Positions 1-8,199 of a stretch of DNA of 64,000 nt are shown here, piece after piece. The notes beneath the pieces are model-generated. The model was not told where the DNA came from, made no database searches, and saw only the letters and a program-made list of their open reading frames with translations. Origin of the DNA: Escherichia phage rV5_ev158. Each line of letters opens with the position of its first letter. Positions within the stretch are counted from its first letter, which is position 1. The stretch is taken from sequence record LR694611. One strand, written 5' to 3'. Position numbers and translations under genes: made by a program.

Positions 1-836
1 ATGTCTTGGATATCCAAACCCCTGATCCTGTAGAGAACTGCTTGCACACAATTAAGTGTAAAGCTAATGCAGTCCTTAATTATCTCGGTATTCCGGAAGA
101 TCGGTGCGTGGGGGTACTTGGAGGCACAGGTAATTTCAGACTAGATCTTCCCATGCCGGAAAGATATAAAGCCAACCGTAACAATACTCTTCGACCACTG
201 CTGCTTGGAGATGCAAGACAGTATCTCCAAAAGCAGTATAATGCTCAAGTGATCAACGGTATCGAGGCTGACGACTGGTTAGCTATCCAGCAATTTGAAG
301 GTTGGAACCACTACCAAAAAACAGGTAAGTTCAACAAGTTTATTATCTCTATTGATAAGGACCAAAGAACACTACCGGGGCTTGTGTTCGATCCCATGCG
401 AAACGATAAGGGAGATTTTGTAAGGGAAACCCCTATGCTGATCGATAACGGTATGGGGAACATCTTCATGAAGCCTAATGGAGAGGTTGGCGGTTACGGG
501 ATGCTGTTCTTCGGATACCAAATGCTGTGTGGTGACTCTGCTGACAACATCAAGCCGTATCAAGGACTTATCGGTAAGGGTAAGTTCGGGGATGCCTCAG
601 CATTCTACCTACTGTCTCAGTGCAGCACTCCAAAGGAGATGTGGGTGGCTATTATTGATCAGTACAAGAAGTGGTTCCCGAAAGGTGTTGTTAAGTATAC
701 TGACTTCAATGGTATTGATCGTAGAATTTCCGTAGGTCAATGGATGAGTATAATTTTTGACTGTTTGTATATGAAGCGGACATTTAATGACCAGACAAAA
801 CTTGTTAACGTTCTTAGAAATGTTGGAGCAATCTGA
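1..836 (+). CDS. 5'-3' exonuclease / flap endonuclease (FEN family), 5'-truncated by window edge
   Basis: Reading frame is open from position 1 (the listed start at 6 is TTG); GIEADDWLA and H3TH-like LCGDSADNIKPYQGLIGKGKFGDA motifs resemble T5 D15 / T4 RNase H-type nucleases (recalled). Confidence 0.6.
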   Translation, partial: VLDIQTPDPVENCLHTIKCKANAVLNYLGIPEDRCVGVLGGTGNFRLDLPMPERYKANRNNTLRPLLLGDARQYLQKQYNAQVINGIEADDWLAIQQFEGWNHYQKTGKFNKFIISIDKDQRTLPGLVFDPMRNDKGDFVRETPMLIDNGMGNIFMKPNGEVGGYGMLFFGYQMLCGDSADNIKPYQGLIGKGKFGDASAFYLLSQCSTPKEMWVAIIDQYKKWFPKGVVKYTDFNGIDRRISVGQWMSIIFDCLYMKRTFNDQTKLVNVLRNVGAI

Positions 837-1168
837 TGACTAAAAATGCTGTAGATAACGCAATTATGGAAGCTGTTTTTGAGGATGATCACACAACAGG
901 GACACTTAAAACAAAAAATACATTCGTTGTTGCCACAGGTATGTGGCGGTTGTATGAAGATGACACCATTTCATACATCCTGTACACGGATGATTACGCA
1001 GATGACCGTGTATGGTCTGCTGTTTTAAAAGAGGATTGTGAGCTGATTGAGGGCGAGCGGTTATGCATGTTCACCAGTGTGGAAACAGATGTTAAGCTTT
1101 GCTCTCTCGTCTTGTTCAAAGATAAGGCTTATGCTCCTGATGAAGGAGAGGAGGACGAGGAAGCATGA
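836..1168 (+). CDS. hypothetical protein (acidic C-terminus)
   Basis: 110 aa ORF; start overlaps upstream stop (TGATG). Confidence 0.45.
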   Translation: MTKNAVDNAIMEAVFEDDHTTGTLKTKNTFVVATGMWRLYEDDTISYILYTDDYADDRVWSAVLKEDCELIEGERLCMFTSVETDVKLCSLVLFKDKAYAPDEGEEDEEA

Positions 1169-1794
1169 GAGAGCGTCTATTATCCATAGACCAGTCGTTG
1201 ACACACACAGCTTGCGTTGTATGGGACGATGGAAAGCCTGTTCATAAGGTTGTGTTACGAACTCAAAGCTCATCTGCAAAAGAGAAGAAACCAGGGACGG
1301 TTTCTTTTGCAACAGCTGCTGAGCGTATTGACTGGATCTGCAAACAGGTCAGATATTACATCCACACGCACGGCGTTGACACCGTGGTTATGGAAGGGCT
1401 TTCCTTTGGATCACGCGGGGATGCCACACGCGAACTGGCTGGGTTGTTTTACGGTCTTGAAGTTATGCTTTGGGATGCTTTAGCTGATTGTGAAAATGAC
1501 GGCCTGTTTAAGGTTCACACAGTGACACCAACAACTGCCAAAAAGTTTGCTCGTAGTCATCTTCCTGAAGAACTTGCTTTTGAGGAGAAGAAAAAGCTTG
1601 ACAAAAAGACAGGTAAAGAGCATACTGTGAAGAAACCTGTTACGATGGATAAAAAGTTGATGGTTAAGGCCTGCGAAGTATCTGAACCAGGGTTCCTAGA
1701 TGGGATCAATTTGGTACAAGGTAAGGCCGATCTCGCAGATGCTTATTGGATAGGCAGGGCGCATCTGGAGGGGTTATCGCAAAGCGTAAAATAA
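1165..1794 (+). CDS. RuvC-like Holliday junction resolvase
   Basis: N-terminal SIDQSLTHTACVV (catalytic Asp), VVMEGLSFG (Glu) and C-terminal KADLADAYWIGRA (two Asp) in RuvC-like order. Confidence 0.55.
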   Translation: MRERLLSIDQSLTHTACVVWDDGKPVHKVVLRTQSSSAKEKKPGTVSFATAAERIDWICKQVRYYIHTHGVDTVVMEGLSFGSRGDATRELAGLFYGLEVMLWDALADCENDGLFKVHTVTPTTAKKFARSHLPEELAFEEKKKLDKKTGKEHTVKKPVTMDKKLMVKACEVSEPGFLDGINLVQGKADLADAYWIGRAHLEGLSQSVK

Positions 1795-2351
1795 GAAAGA
1801 AAGCTGTCAAAGCCCCCGTTCATAGCGGGTGGCTAAAAGATTCTAAGGACATAGCCAACTTTCGAAAAGAATTGTCAGAGGAGCAGGATGGTCTTGATCC
1901 GATCTTGTGCGAGCCACTTCGTAAGCCTTGTTTAGATCATGATCATCTGACTGGTCGTTGCAGGGGTGTTTTGTCTCAGTGCACTAATACCTTTGAGGGG
2001 TATGTGCTTAAATACTGGATGAAATACTGTAACGAGTATACAGATTGCAGTTTATCAGAGGCGTTGCGCCGGATGGCTGACTATCTGGAGAAAGACTACA
2101 GCGACTTCCCGCTCCACAAAAACTACAGAGATGATATGACAAAGTTCTTGAGGAGATGCTCTAAAGCTACGATTATTGCACGAGCAGAATCAGATCTCAA
2201 TCTTGTCATTAATCCAGAGTGCACCAAGCATGAGGCTATTGAGTCCTACATGCAGGAGTTTATAAAGAAAACTGAGGAGAGAGATTTCTATGGGGATGAA
2301 AAAGGTATTCAATCCTTGCGACTCAGTCCTGATCAGGATGAAATACCGTAA
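1746..2351 (+). CDS. endonuclease VII-like protein (T4 gp49 family)
   Basis: CLDHDHLTGRCRGVLSQCTN matches the recalled T4 endonuclease VII core HLDHDH..G..RGLLC..CN; listed start overlaps upstream gene by 49 nt, so the true start is uncertain. Confidence 0.55.
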   Translation: MDRQGASGGVIAKRKIRKKAVKAPVHSGWLKDSKDIANFRKELSEEQDGLDPILCEPLRKPCLDHDHLTGRCRGVLSQCTNTFEGYVLKYWMKYCNEYTDCSLSEALRRMADYLEKDYSDFPLHKNYRDDMTKFLRRCSKATIIARAESDLNLVINPECTKHEAIESYMQEFIKKTEERDFYGDEKGIQSLRLSPDQDEIP

Positions 2352-2511
2352 CTGGAAAGGTGTTGTTGCAGATCGCTGCGTTACTGAGCCTAATTTATGG
2401 TTTGGCTCTACAGAGTATCATAAAGAAGAGCAGTGGTTGATGCATGCCTTTGATGTAGACAAGGGCGAATATCGTGACTTCGCTTTAAAAGACATTCTTC
2501 AGTTTTACTAA
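2290..2511 (+). CDS. hypothetical protein
   Basis: 73 aa ORF in an alternative frame overlapping the end of the endonuclease VII-like gene; weak support. Confidence 0.3.
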   Translation: MGMKKVFNPCDSVLIRMKYRNWKGVVADRCVTEPNLWFGSTEYHKEEQWLMHAFDVDKGEYRDFALKDILQFY

Positions 2512-2517
2512 GGAATT

Positions 2518-3507
2518 TTGACGATGATGACAAAGTTAACTCTTGAGCAAATTTTAACACTAAAGCAGCAGGGATACACTAATAGACAAATTGCTCGTGA
2601 ATTTTTAGGCCGTGAGTCACGTGAGAGTTGGATCCGACTACAGCTTAAACGTGCACAAGAGAATATGTCAGAGATTGTAGGAGAAGCAACGGAGCGCTTC
2701 CTTGAAGAACACAAAGGAGCTAAAGTTTGGGTGTATGATACAGAAACATCACCAACAAACGGCTGGTTCTTTGGGCACTATAAGACCAACATTCAAACCT
2801 GCGGTATTGAAATTATGCCCTATATGCTAACTTTCGCAGGTAAGTGGTTAGACAGTCCTAGTGTGGTTGACTGCGCTCTTCCCGATTACAAAATGTGGGA
2901 TGAGGATATTCACAATGACCTCGAATTGATTCAGGACTTGTGGTATTATCGGGATAAATGTGATGTCGCAGTAGCCCACAATTCAGGTTTTGACTGTGGG
3001 TGGGCAAACCAACGATTTGCATTTCACGGGTTGCCTCCAACAAGCCCATACAAAGAGGTTGACACCCTTAAAATGATCAAGAAGGCATTCCGTTTGAATG
3101 CAAACACTTTGGAGTATGCATGCAAATACTTCCAACTTGCCCGACAGAAACTGATTGACCACACATTTGAAATGTGGATCAAGTGTGTTCATGGTGATCT
3201 TGAGGCGTTTAAACAGATGCGGGAGTACAATGTTGGTGATATCCTATCTCTGGAAGGCCTGTATTTGCTGGCACGCCCGTTTGCTAAGCAGCACCCCAAC
3301 ATGTCATTGTACTACCAGGATGAGGAGCCAAAAGTTCGTTGCCCACGCTGCGGTGGAGAACACCTTCACGAGGAAGAAGCTTTGGCGTATACTCAACTGA
3401 GTGCATTTAAAACATATCGCTGCGAAGGTTGTGGATCTGTTGTTCGTGACCGTAACAACATCCGTACCAGAGAAGAAATGAAAAACACCCTGATTCAGAT
3501 AATCTAA
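2518..3507 (+). CDS. DnaQ-like 3'-5' exonuclease (DEDDy) with N-terminal HTH and C-terminal zinc ribbon
   Basis: Exo motifs VWVYDTETS (DxE), VAHNSGFDCGW (H-N-x2-F-D) and YNVGDIL (Y-x3-D); N-terminal QGYTNRQIAREF HTH-like; C-terminal CPRCGG...CEGCG; terminator hairpin follows. Confidence 0.55.
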   Translation: MTMMTKLTLEQILTLKQQGYTNRQIAREFLGRESRESWIRLQLKRAQENMSEIVGEATERFLEEHKGAKVWVYDTETSPTNGWFFGHYKTNIQTCGIEIMPYMLTFAGKWLDSPSVVDCALPDYKMWDEDIHNDLELIQDLWYYRDKCDVAVAHNSGFDCGWANQRFAFHGLPPTSPYKEVDTLKMIKKAFRLNANTLEYACKYFQLARQKLIDHTFEMWIKCVHGDLEAFKQMREYNVGDILSLEGLYLLARPFAKQHPNMSLYYQDEEPKVRCPRCGGEHLHEEEALAYTQLSAFKTYRCEGCGSVVRDRNNIRTREEMKNTLIQII

Positions 3508-3516
3508 TCAAGTATA

Positions 3517-3540
3517 GGGAGGCTTGCGCCTCCCTTTTCC
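3517..3540 (+). terminator. Rho-independent terminator
   Basis: GGGAGGCTTGCGCCTCCC hairpin followed by TTTT. Confidence 0.6.
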
Positions 3541-3553
3541 TTTTGGAGGCACT

Positions 3554-4372
3554 TTGAGCAAGAAAGAGTCCAACGACAAATATTACACAAACCCTGAGTA
3601 TGCAGAATATCTTGTTGGTAAAGTAAAAGATAAGTATGGAAATTGTGCATACGTTGAGCCTTCTGCTGGAAGGGGTTCTTTTTCAAAACTATTTTCAGAG
3701 ATACTGTCTTACGATCTAGTACCAGATCCTGAATTTGAAGGACCAACACCGTGCATTCAGGCAAACTTCTTGGAGGTGCATCCCAAGGCAGATGTCTTCA
3801 TAGGTAACCCACCATTTGGCAAGAATTCATCTTTAGCTTGCAAATTCTTTAACCATTGTGCATCATTGCTAGAGCTTGGAGGGGCTATAGCCTTCATCTT
3901 GCCACGGACATTTGAAAAAATATTTTTTGCAAACAAACTGGACATGTCGATGCACCTTGTCTACAGTGAAAGGTGCCCTAAGAACTCGTTTCTACTTAAT
4001 GGCAAACCTTATGACGTGCCGTGTGTTTTCCAAATTTGGGAGAAAAAGGCGTGCAACAGGGATCCTGTAGAGATTGGGGAGAATAAGTTATTTTCTTTTA
4101 GCACTCCAGATGACTACGACTTCTGTGTAAGACGTGTTGGGTATAATGCTGGAAAAGTATTGGGGGAGGATGACCCAAAATCTGAAGAATCAACATATTT
4201 CATAAAATCTTTAGTTGACGGTGTTGACAGAGTGTTTGCTGAATGCTATTCTTCTTTTCAAGAAGAAGCAGGTAAGACTGCCGGAATGAAGAGTATAGGT
4301 AAGAAAGAACTACAATACATTTTGGAGACTAGGTATGATCAAAAGCATAGACTTGACCAAAGAACTTACTGA
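3554..4372 (+). CDS. N6-adenine DNA methyltransferase (gamma-class, TaqI-like motif order)
   Basis: KYYTNPEYAEYLV, then VEPSAGRGSF (AdoMet motif I-like), then FIGNPPFGK (motif IV); start placed at in-frame TTG 3554 after the terminator, GGAGG 4 nt upstream. Confidence 0.6.
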   Translation: MSKKESNDKYYTNPEYAEYLVGKVKDKYGNCAYVEPSAGRGSFSKLFSEILSYDLVPDPEFEGPTPCIQANFLEVHPKADVFIGNPPFGKNSSLACKFFNHCASLLELGGAIAFILPRTFEKIFFANKLDMSMHLVYSERCPKNSFLLNGKPYDVPCVFQIWEKKACNRDPVEIGENKLFSFSTPDDYDFCVRRVGYNAGKVLGEDDPKSEESTYFIKSLVDGVDRVFAECYSSFQEEAGKTAGMKSIGKKELQYILETRYDQKHRLDQRTY

Positions 4373-4415
4373 TGCAAAAGCTTTTGGTGAGACAGCGGTA
4401 CAAAGGGGGCAGGCG

Positions 4416-4793
4416 ATGGGACTGGCACTACCTTTCGTATTAAAAGAGCACTTTACAGATTTTCAACTTATCAAGGGTGATAAGGGAATGCTTATCCTGG
4501 AGCATAAGTTGAGTAAGAAACGCTATAAAGTTGTTTTTAATTCTAAAGCTCCAACAAAACTGGGATTCAGAACTTACAATCTTAACCCATCCTACACTAA
4601 GGGTGTTGGAAGGGTAGAACAACAGCATTTCAGTGCCAGAGCTTCTTTAGCCCCTTTGATGCTAAATTTCTCAGGGGTGGCTTTAGGATACCTTGATAAG
4701 AAAAGAGTTCTTCATGTCCGTTTCACAGACTTTGTAACGCTTCTAGCCAACAACGAGGTTGATGAAAAGGGACGTGTAAAAACAAACTTCTAA
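4416..4793 (+). CDS. hypothetical protein
   Basis: Listed ORF starts at 4335; internal ATG 4416 has AAGGGGG 6 nt upstream. Confidence 0.45.
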   Translation: MGLALPFVLKEHFTDFQLIKGDKGMLILEHKLSKKRYKVVFNSKAPTKLGFRTYNLNPSYTKGVGRVEQQHFSARASLAPLMLNFSGVALGYLDKKRVLHVRFTDFVTLLANNEVDEKGRVKTNF

Positions 4794-4820
4794 TAACGCA
4801 TAGTATGATTGGAGAACGCA

Positions 4821-5012
4821 ATGACACTAAAGTTAACAATTCCAGACAGCTTTTCAGAAGACTTTATCCCAGAAATGATGGGTAAGATGCGATCATTGCT
4901 TGATCAGATCGAGGAAGCTGTTTGGGAAGACGATGCTGTAGTGGCTAACGAGCTGGTAGATAAGTGTAAAAGTATTATTGATGCAGTTGAAGAATACCAC
5001 GGAGGTTTTTGA
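4821..5012 (+). CDS. hypothetical protein
   Basis: ATG 4821 preceded by GGAGA; 63 aa. Confidence 0.4.
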   Translation: MTLKLTIPDSFSEDFIPEMMGKMRSLLDQIEEAVWEDDAVVANELVDKCKSIIDAVEEYHGGF

Positions 5013-5626
5013 TGGATATTATTGTTCTTAACGCCCCACCCAGCAGTGGTAAGGATCACATTGCAGATCTCTTGTTGGAAGCTATTCCTAACTCACACCA
5101 CCGTGAGGTTAAGGAGATGCTCTTCAGTGTGGCAATTAAGGCAGCTGGTGTAACTCCTCAACTCTGGAATGCACTTTATGACCGCCACTACAAAGAAGAG
5201 CCTTGCCCTTTCTTAATGATAGACGGTAAGCATGTTTCTCCGCGAGAATGGATGATCCATTGTAGTGAAAATCTGATTAAACCTATCTTTGGTGAAGATG
5301 CTTTCGGTAAAGCCGCAGTCGCATCTTTGAAGAAAGATTTCCCTAAAGGTAAAGGGGTTGTTGTTTACTCCGATGGTGGATTCAAAGAGGAGCTGGCATG
5401 CCTTAGCGAGTACGCGTACAGCACAGGTGGAGATCTGTTGTTGTTCCGTATTCACCGTGTCGGATATGACTGGGGAAATGATTCCAGAACCTATCTAAGT
5501 CTGGAAAAGAACGGAATAAAAGGAATTGAGTTCGATGTTGTAAACCCTGAAGGTGCACCTTGGGAATGTGCATCGGAGATTGTGTGCAAGTATATTGATG
5601 CTAAAGAGGCCCAAGAAGAATGTTAA
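5009..5626 (+). CDS. deoxynucleoside monophosphate kinase-like (P-loop)
   Basis: N-terminal IIVLNAPPSSGKDHIADLL resembles the T4 gp1 dNMP kinase P-loop (recalled LSGVKRSGKDT). Confidence 0.45.
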   Translation: MMDIIVLNAPPSSGKDHIADLLLEAIPNSHHREVKEMLFSVAIKAAGVTPQLWNALYDRHYKEEPCPFLMIDGKHVSPREWMIHCSENLIKPIFGEDAFGKAAVASLKKDFPKGKGVVVYSDGGFKEELACLSEYAYSTGGDLLLFRIHRVGYDWGNDSRTYLSLEKNGIKGIEFDVVNPEGAPWECASEIVCKYIDAKEAQEEC

Positions 5627-6213
5627 TCGGTATTGATGTAGATTTGACACTGGTAGATTCAGGAACAGCATGGTGGGAGTGGTTGGAGCGTTTATATGGT
5701 CCAGCCAGTAAGACAGTCACTAAACCTTCTAATGGGTTAATGTATTACGATCTGTCAAAGTATTGGCCTGATCGCCCCAAAGAAAACATCATAGGGCCTT
5801 TTGATTTCTGGAGTGACCCGTTCCTCTACGACTTTCTTAAGCCTGAAGATGGGGCTATTGAGGTTATGAAAGATTTGGTGGCTCGTGGTCACAAGCTTGC
5901 ATTTATCTCGGTATGCAAGAAAGGTCACCTTGCATCTAAATCAAGGTTCTTAAAGCGTTGGACTAGTGATTTTATGGATCTGGACGATCACACCCAGGGT
6001 CACGGCTTCTACGCCACGCATTTCAAGGGAAATGTGGCTGTAGATGTTATAATTGACGACAGGCATGAATACCTGAACCAATTCGCTTCACGCCCTGAAG
6101 TTATTAAAATTCTAAAAGATACGCCTTATGAGCAATTTGAGGAGTTAAAGGTCAGTGTTGACTATACCGCTAATAGCTGGTATAAAATAGGAAAGTTTTT
6201 AGAAGGTATTTGA
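5620..6213 (+). CDS. HAD-superfamily 5'-deoxyribonucleotidase-like
   Basis: N-terminal GIDVDLTLVDS fits HAD motif I DxDxT. Confidence 0.45.
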   Translation: MLIGIDVDLTLVDSGTAWWEWLERLYGPASKTVTKPSNGLMYYDLSKYWPDRPKENIIGPFDFWSDPFLYDFLKPEDGAIEVMKDLVARGHKLAFISVCKKGHLASKSRFLKRWTSDFMDLDDHTQGHGFYATHFKGNVAVDVIIDDRHEYLNQFASRPEVIKILKDTPYEQFEELKVSVDYTANSWYKIGKFLEGI

Positions 6214-6214
6214 A

Positions 6215-6415
6215 ATGGGCAGATGTTCTAAAGGTGGCGATCCTGTAGTCAGATACGGTGACTGGCTAGAGGTGTATGATCTGGGAGGTAAGCTGGTGTA
6301 TGCCTCCAGGATCACCCAAGACATGTGCTCCGATATGTTCAACAGATACCTTGCATTTAAGGCCAACATAAACCCAGACGAAATTTCCAAAATTAAAACA
6401 AGGAGAGCTAAATAA
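6215..6415 (+). CDS. hypothetical protein
   Basis: 66 aa ORF. Confidence 0.4.
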   Translation: MGRCSKGGDPVVRYGDWLEVYDLGGKLVYASRITQDMCSDMFNRYLAFKANINPDEISKIKTRRAK

Positions 6416-7398
6416 TGCTAAAACTGTGCACTGCAAAGATCATTGCTGACAGCATTTCCGAGAAAGGTAAGCGCATCACCACTTTTGAGCTAGAGTATCC
6501 TCGAATTATTCACTCAGAGCTTATGACGCACCGAGTGTTCAGCCGAAACGCCATGTCTTCCCGTGCAGTGCCTGTCGGAAAGATGCTGCAACAGATTGTG
6601 GAGAATCCGGCAATGCCAGTTCGCTTCGGTGTAAATAAGCGAGGAATGGAAGATGGTGGGGAACACGATCAAAAGATCCGTGTAGAGTACACTGATATGG
6701 AGCTAACTCCGGAAGAGTTTTGGAAAGAAGCTGCAAAAAACGCCGCTTGGCATGCAGAGAAGTTTGCCCTTGCTGGTTACCATAAGCAAGTATGTAACCG
6801 CTTAGTGGAGCCTTTTCAGCGCATGAAAACAGTTGTAACAAGCACCGAGTGGAATAATTTTTTCCACCTCCGTTGCTGGCACGATGCGGATCCTACGATT
6901 CAGATGTTAGCTAATTGTATGTGGGAGGCTCTTGTGAATAGCACTCCTGAAATCCTTAAACCGGGTCAATGGCACACTCCATATGTAGAGCACGTTTATT
7001 TGGACGGGGAGTTTAACTACGCTGTACGTGACACAGAAGGAAAGCTCTGCATTCTCGATACTAAAGAAGCTCTGGCTATCAGTGCTAGTTGCTGTGCACA
7101 AGTATCTTATCGAAATATTGACAGCACGTTTGAAAAGGCAGACAGTGTGGCTAAAAAATTGATTGGTGGGGATCGTATTCATGCAAGCCCTTACGAGCAC
7201 CAGGCAACACCTATGGATCACGATAACGCAATGGAACGTTTAAACTACTACCTGTCTTCATGTGAAATCACACAAGACATCAGTACTTGGCAGGAAGGTG
7301 TAACCCATCAAGACCGTGATGGTAAATTCTGGTCTGCCAACTTTTGTGGGTGGGTTCAGCACAGACAACTGCTTAATAACCACTTCGTGAAAGGTTAA
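6415..7398 (+). CDS. thyX: flavin-dependent thymidylate synthase ThyX
   Basis: ThyX signature RHR-x7-S-x-R present as THRVFSRNAMSSRAVP. Confidence 0.8.
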   Translation: MLKLCTAKIIADSISEKGKRITTFELEYPRIIHSELMTHRVFSRNAMSSRAVPVGKMLQQIVENPAMPVRFGVNKRGMEDGGEHDQKIRVEYTDMELTPEEFWKEAAKNAAWHAEKFALAGYHKQVCNRLVEPFQRMKTVVTSTEWNNFFHLRCWHDADPTIQMLANCMWEALVNSTPEILKPGQWHTPYVEHVYLDGEFNYAVRDTEGKLCILDTKEALAISASCCAQVSYRNIDSTFEKADSVAKKLIGGDRIHASPYEHQATPMDHDNAMERLNYYLSSCEITQDISTWQEGVTHQDRDGKFWSANFCGWVQHRQLLNNHFVKG

Positions 7399-7427
7399 TC
7401 CTATCACAGCGATAGGTAACTTTTGTG

Positions 7428-7456
7428 TTGACTAATAGTATTAGATAATCTATAAT
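7428..7456 (+). promoter_or_regulatory. sigma70-like promoter TTGACT-17-TATAAT
   Basis: Perfect -35/-10 with 17 bp spacer, after palindrome CTATCACAGCGATAG (7401-7415). Confidence 0.6.
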
Positions 7457-7484
7457 AATGGCTCACTTTGTTGGTGAGCCAGAA

Positions 7485-7958
7485 ATGGAGACAGATATGA
7501 GTAATGTTATGATTCCTAAAAAGACATTTATTTCAGTTACTTTGGATTTCCTATCTACCGTTCCCGGGTTTAACGTTCGCACACGAAACGGTCTCCGAGC
7601 TGCACTCTTTGCCGTAGGGTTTGATTTAAAAAGTATTGATGTTCTTCGTGGAAAAAACGTTCGATGCAAAAATAAGCCAACACATTATCGAAAGGCAGAT
7701 GTATTTGCTGGTGTCATGCGTGCAGACTTTAGATACCCGCAAATGTATAACGGTGTAGATATTTTAGATGTGGATAAAGCACCTGGTGAGGCAATGCTTG
7801 TTCAAGATCTTCCGTATGATATTCCTGTAGAGGATCGTGTTAATGTAAGAAAGTATACAAAACAATCTGAAAAGGCTGAAGATATTCATATTGTTGATGA
7901 ACCTTTCAATTTTGAAGATCTGCATCGCCTGGAAAAATTATTCGGTATTGAAAGCTAA
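7485..7958 (+). CDS. hypothetical protein
   Basis: Listed ORF begins at 7458, directly abutting the -10; in-frame ATG 7485 has GGTGAG upstream and is more plausible. Confidence 0.5.
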   Translation: METDMSNVMIPKKTFISVTLDFLSTVPGFNVRTRNGLRAALFAVGFDLKSIDVLRGKNVRCKNKPTHYRKADVFAGVMRADFRYPQMYNGVDILDVDKAPGEAMLVQDLPYDIPVEDRVNVRKYTKQSEKAEDIHIVDEPFNFEDLHRLEKLFGIES

Positions 7959-7968
7959 GGTGGTGAAG

Positions 7969-8199
7969 ATGAGTCATAACTCCAAGTGGAAGGATCTTGG
8001 TTTTGCAAGTCGGTCAGAGTATGTTGGTTGGCTTTGGTTCAACGGCCTGACAAACGATATTAAAATGTATGATGATGTTTATTATGACGAGTATACAGGC
8101 AAAATTATAAATATCTCTGTAGAAGAGGATACCTTTATCCAGCAAGATACTGATACCTGCCTTGATAAATACGTTGATGAAGTGGAGGAAGCAAATTGA
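7969..8199 (+). CDS. hypothetical protein
   Basis: ATG 7969 preceded by AAGGTGG; 76 aa. Confidence 0.45.
   Translation: MSHNSKWKDLGFASRSEYVGWLWFNGLTNDIKMYDDVYYDEYTGKIINISVEEDTFIQQDTDTCLDKYVDEVEEAN

Noticed and set aside
3524-3553. Listed TTG start of the methyltransferase ORF at 3524
   Set aside because: It falls inside the upstream terminator hairpin; the in-frame TTG at 3554 after a GGAGG is more plausible.
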